A DNA stretch of 64,000 bases from assembly GCF_000143415.4 (NCBI RefSeq), contig NW_003314263.1, positions 808,165-872,164 on the forward strand. Reading direction: 5' to 3'. The notes under the pieces are model-generated. The model was given only the letters and a program-made list of their open reading frames with translations. It ran no database searches and was not told where the DNA came from. Position numbers and translations under genes: made by a program. Origin of the DNA: Selaginella moellendorffii. Lineage: Eukaryota; Plantae; Lycopodiophyta. How positions within the stretch are numbered: the stretch's first letter is position 1; each line of letters begins with the position of its first letter. This document shows positions 59,824 to 64,000 of this stretch, in pieces.

Positions 59824-59940
59824 ATTCTCTAGAGATTTCCAGCGATTTCTATCCCCCCGATAGAAATCGAGAGAACTTCTTCGTCATTGTCACTCTCACA
59901 TACATTGTCTAAATTCCATTTTTCTCTTTTCCGCAAGTAC

Positions 59941-60102
59941 TCACTCTTTGATCTGATCGCGCTCGCGCTCCCGCGACAGCATCATCGGCGAATTCCTGTC
60001 GGGCTGCCGATTGACGAAGATCAAGTAGCCAGTGACGCCCAGCACGATCGCGGTGAAGATGTAGAGCCCTCGCGTGTTGAGCCGCGTCCTTCGATCCTCC
60101 AT
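59941..60102 (-). CDS. 53-aa single-pass membrane microprotein
   Basis: MEDRRTRLNTRGLYIFTAIVLGVTGYLIFVNRQPDRNSPMMLSRERERDQIKE*, with GC3-rich codons and telo-box-like motifs upstream. Confidence 0.55.
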   Translation of the reverse strand: MEDRRTRLNTRGLYIFTAIVLGVTGYLIFVNRQPDRNSPMMLSRERERDQIKE

Positions 60103-60414
60103 CGCCTGACCCTAATTCTAGGGTTCGTAAGCAACTAACGGCTGGGATGCAACCCATCCGACGGGCACGATTCAACCACCCAACAATAGATACACCCAAC
60201 AATATTTCTTTTAATCAGTCAAAAAAACAAAAAAATAGAGAGAAATTTACAACCATCCGACACGAGAGCGCTCGGCCTCGCCAATTCGGACCCTTTTTTG
60301 GTTTGGCTGTTTAGCTGTTCTTCGTCTTTGATCCAGAGGAATAAATGCGATGCGTGAGGAGAAATCGGGGAAATCGGGAAGAAAATCGAGAAGGGCAGCC
60401 GAGAAATCGATTGA

Positions 60415-61395
60415 TCAGTAGAGAGATTGAGAAGAGGAAGAAGAATCGGGGGAGGAGGACGAACTGGGCGATGAATTGGAGGAGATGGGCGGAGAGGAGG
60501 CCGATCGTCGAGTCTGCCTGGTGTTGTAGGAGTAGCAGTGGAGGCATTTGTGAGCAACAATGTGAAATGGTACCTCGGAGGATCCACCGCAATCGTTGCA
60601 CAGGATCCACACCAGCTTGTTGCGGTAGGCATCGGGCATGGGCGTGGCGGCGATCTCCTGATCCAGCCTCTCCCACGCCGAGCTCATGTCACACACCGAC
60701 TTGGAGCACACCGGGCACGAGAACTGCGCGTGGAGGGTCATCTCGCGGAGGCACTCGCTGTGGATGGTGTGGCCGCAGCGCAGAACCGTGATGTCGCTGG
60801 TGGAATCGAAGAGGTAGTCGAAGCAAACCGGGCAATTGTGGTGCATCGAGTTCTCCACGCACGAATGCCCCTTTTGGAGCGCCACCGCGTAGCAGCAGCC
60901 ACACTTGTCGCAGTGGAAGAACTTCTCCTGCCCGCCGACGCGGCAGATGCCACACGAATCGCAGTGGAACTGGCCCTTGCTCACGTCGTCGTCGAAGAAG
61001 CGGCAGATCGAGCAGTAGTAGTCGCCCATGGAGACGCCGCAGCCGGAGCAGACCTGGTGGACATCCTGCTCCAATCCACACAGCGAGCAGATGACGCGCT
61101 CTACCTTGTGCCGGGGGAGGTCGTGGCGCTTGGAGGGATCGGCCTCGTTGGCGTTCATGGCCTCGTTGTGGCAGTGGCGGCAATTGAAGATCCCGTTGCA
61201 GCAGGGAGCCCGGATCAAGCAGCGCCGGCGGTAATGCGCACAGCCATACTCCATGACGCCCTCCTTGAGCGCCCGGATCTGCTCTTCCACGCCGCGTGCC
61301 AGGGATTCCTGGCTGAAAACCTCCGCCGCCGTCGCGATCTCGATCTGGTGCGACAGCGTCGAATGCAAGCCGGATTCTACCACCGCCACGGACAT
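60415..61395 (-). CDS. CHY/CTCHY zinc finger + RING-H2 E3 ligase (MIEL1/PIRH2 family), intronless
   Basis: [55 protein letters not shown]. Confidence 0.95.
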   Translation of the reverse strand: MSVAVVESGLHSTLSHQIEIATAAEVFSQESLARGVEEQIRALKEGVMEYGCAHYRRRCLIRAPCCNGIFNCRHCHNEAMNANEADPSKRHDLPRHKVERVICSLCGLEQDVHQVCSGCGVSMGDYYCSICRFFDDDVSKGQFHCDSCGICRVGGQEKFFHCDKCGCCYAVALQKGHSCVENSMHHNCPVCFDYLFDSTSDITVLRCGHTIHSECLREMTLHAQFSCPVCSKSVCDMSSAWERLDQEIAATPMPDAYRNKLVWILCNDCGGSSEVPFHIVAHKCLHCYSYNTRQTRRSASSPPISSNSSPSSSSSPDSSSSSQSLY

Positions 61396-63151
61396 CTTGG
61401 AAATCTTGGCGCTCCTCTCACTGGACTGGATCAAACCCTAGCCCCCATCCGCCATAGCCAACAAGAACAAAACAGCCGGCCACATATATAGGGCAACGGG
61501 GATCGAGGGAAACTGTTTTCGTGGCATTCCGATCCGGAATCGTCATCGGATCCGACGGTCAGGATGGCGCCGTTCCTGCGGCGCGGGATTTATGTCCATC
61601 GGACGGTTACGGTTTCTGTCCCTTTGTTCGTTGGGCGGTTGAGATTTGTCCTAGGGCAACTTGGCCTGATGATGAGATAGAGTAGGCCATTTTAGATCTC
61701 GTCTGATTGGCCGTTACGATCGCCAATCACTCGCCACTTTTTTTTTTTTCCTGCATTTTTACTTTTCTTCGGATTTACGAGCGAAGCAAGAAAGAGTAGT
61801 CTTTGCTTGCCCAGTCTCATTCATAAAGAACATTGAAGAGGGAAAGAAAACGCTCAATCGCGATTCCATCCTTTTGGATTAATCTTGGAATCTCTACCTT
61901 GGATTGTAAAAGGAATAATTCATGAGGGCCCCGTAACCTTGTACATATTGGGATACCTAGGCCTAGTCTAAGTAAAAATGCGGTGGAGTCCCACCCATCC
62001 ACGCTCGCTTCCTTATCTCGCAAGGAACGGCGGCGGCGGGTGTGGGACACGCCGCGGCGTTAAATGCCCCACTTTGGCATTTGCCCCCGTCGTGGATCGT
62101 GTGATCAGCTCAAAGCTCTGCCCAATCCACGAACTCTCCAAGATTCTATCAAATCGATCCATGGAAGAATAGGGTTTTTAATCTTCTCTAGAGAACATGC
62201 TCTACGCAAAGATCAAGCAGTCAGGCGTGTCGGGAATGCCCAGACAAGCGCCAGACAAAAAAGCTAGGGCTTGTCTCCAATCCCCCAGTAGCTAGAATAT
62301 TCTTGCACTGGAATATCCCCCAGTTACAAGAATATTCTCGTGGTCACTGGACTGAAGCCGCTAACGACAAACGAGACGAAACAAACCTCTCCCAAAACGA
62401 AGAAGAAGAAGACGAAGACGAAAAAATCTTCCTTCTCGGCGGCGAGTACCTCTTCTTTTTTTTCTTTTCTTCCTTTTGTCCCGACTCCTTCCTCGAGAAC
62501 TTCCAAACGAGAAACGCTCCAATTGCTTGGCTTGCTTGCTTTGATTTGCTTCCTTGGCTGGCTTTGCTCCTGTCGATCGATCTAGGTAGCGGCGGCGCCA
62601 AGGGTCGGGTTTCCCGGTCTTGGGAGAGCTTTTCCTTTTCTTCTTTTGCTTCGAATCTCTTCACTGTTCCAAAGTCAATCTCTTGTCCCACAAGAAACGC
62701 AGCCGTGGTATAGCTAGTGGCGTGGAACACGCCGTTTCTTCAATGACTAGCTAGCTTTGCGTGTATCCTGTGAGAAAGACCCGTCTCTCCACTGCGCTAT
62801 GCCACCACCAAGTTCCACGAACTCTTCGTCTTCATCTTCTTCTCTTCCTCCTCTCCTTCCCAAATCCAAATCCCAATCCTGTGTGTCTCGTCTATCCATC
62901 TATATCTGTTGTTTCTCCGCTGTTTGTTTGTTGTGGTGTAAAGATCCCAATGCTTGTGAAAACTGTGAGAAGACACATCCCACTCCTCGGGGATTCCTTC
63001 CAAAATACTCCTGTTTTTTTCCTCCTCCTGCCTTGTTCCCTGTATCTTGCTAAAGAAAAACGGTGCCAGACCAGAGTTTGACCCGTTCGTCCGTCTGGTT
63101 CTTCTTTGTCGGCGCCACAACGAACTCCTCCTTGTTTTCTGTCCTTTCTGA

Positions 63152-64000
63152 CTAGTCGTTGCTGTTGCTGCTGCTGTTGCTCGAGTGGCTGTCGTTGGCA
63201 GTGTTGCTGGTCGCAGCAGCGGCCGTGGCCGGAAGAGATGGCGGCCTCTTTGTCTGCCTGGTGTTGAAAGAGCCGCAACCGGGGCACTTAAGCGCGAAAA
63301 TATGAAACGGTACCTCGTCTTTGTGATTGCAATCGTTGCACAGCATCCACACCGTCTTCCCCCTCAGGGCCTCCGGCATGGGAGTGGCAGCAATCTCCTT
63401 GTCTAGAGTTTGCCAGTACTCGGACAAATCCAGCACCGACCTGGAGCACATAGGACAAGTGTACCTCGAGTGCAACCGCATCTCATTGAAGCAGTCGGCG
63501 TGCATGGTGTGGCCGCACTGGAGCACGGTTATCTGCTTCACGGAGTCGAAGAGGAACTCAAAGCACACCGGGCAGTTGTGGTGCATTGCTCGCTCCACAC
63601 AGACGTGCTTGCCTTGGAGAGCCACCGAGTAGCAGCAGCCACAACGGTCGCAGTGGAAGAAGTTGTCCGCTCCTCCAACGCGACAAATGCCGCATGAGTC
63701 ACAGTGGTACTGGTGCTTGTCCGTGTCGTCGTCGAAAAGGTTGCACTTTGAGCAAAAGTAGCTCCCCATGCACACTCCACAGCCTTCGCAAACTTGCTGC
63801 ACGTCTTGCTCCGTGTCGCACAACAAGCAAATGACCCGCCTTATAGACTCGCGACGGATTTGGTGCCTCTCGCGAGGGTCAGCCTCCTCGCCCTTTGCTT
63901 CGTTGTGGCAATGCCGGCAACCAAAAACCTCGTTGCAACACGGAGCTCTGATACGGCACCGCCGCCTGTAGTGCGGACAACCATACTTCCTGCGACCCCT
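63152..64000 (-). CDS. Second MIEL1/PIRH2-family E3 ligase, 5' end outside window
   Basis: Open frame from the window edge: YGCPHYRRRCRIRAPCC ... HNCPVCFEFLFDS ... MLCNDC ... SFNTR. Confidence 0.95.
   Translation of the reverse strand, partial: RGRRKYGCPHYRRRCRIRAPCCNEVFGCRHCHNEAKGEEADPRERHQIRRESIRRVICLLCDTEQDVQQVCEGCGVCMGSYFCSKCNLFDDDTDKHQYHCDSCGICRVGGADNFFHCDRCGCCYSVALQGKHVCVERAMHHNCPVCFEFLFDSVKQITVLQCGHTMHADCFNEMRLHSRYTCPMCSRSVLDLSEYWQTLDKEIAATPMPEALRGKTVWMLCNDCNHKDEVPFHIFALKCPGCGSFNTRQTKRPPSLPATAAAATSNTANDSHSSNSSSNSND

Noticed and set aside
61500-63150. Possible ncRNA/miRNA or small gene between the two E3 genes
   Set aside because: I found no convincing long hairpin or coding signal. 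It looks like low-complexity UTR/promoter sequence.
63152-63826. Truncated E3 starting at the TTG given in the track
   Set aside because: The frame is open to the window edge, so the real start lies outside the window.

Overview
This is a compact land-plant nuclear region with GC-rich genes, mostly 45-180 nt introns and many PPR remnants. These traits suggest a lycophyte such as Selaginella, which is an inference. Left end (1-7 kb): an intronless G-type lectin receptor kinase, a TruA pseudouridine synthase and an apparently intact 5-exon WOX-like homeobox gene. Middle (8-48 kb): a TE-rich accessory zone with decayed LTR/LINE/copia remnants, repeated PPR-fragment + WOX-like modules, an AT-rich secreted B-lectin fusion gene and a germin-like gene. 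Right end (49-64 kb): a dense gene block with EFL1/RIA1, alpha-carbonic anhydrase, a GPT-type translocator, a USP-like protein, ASH2R/TRAUCO, a SAP30-like protein, small membrane proteins and two CHY-RING E3 ligases. The main finding is a 5,951-bp element at 15494-21444, bounded by near-identical 195-bp 5S-rRNA-derived (Cassandra-type) LTRs and a perfect 5-bp TSD (CCCAG). Antisense to its LTR/PBS/PPT polarity it carries a permuted Ty3/gypsy chromovirus cassette: gag plus a truncated protease, and a separate RNaseH-integrase-chromodomain gene. That second gene becomes one intact 659-aa frame only after two small GT-AG introns are removed. No RT is present. All alignments and translations were done by eye.
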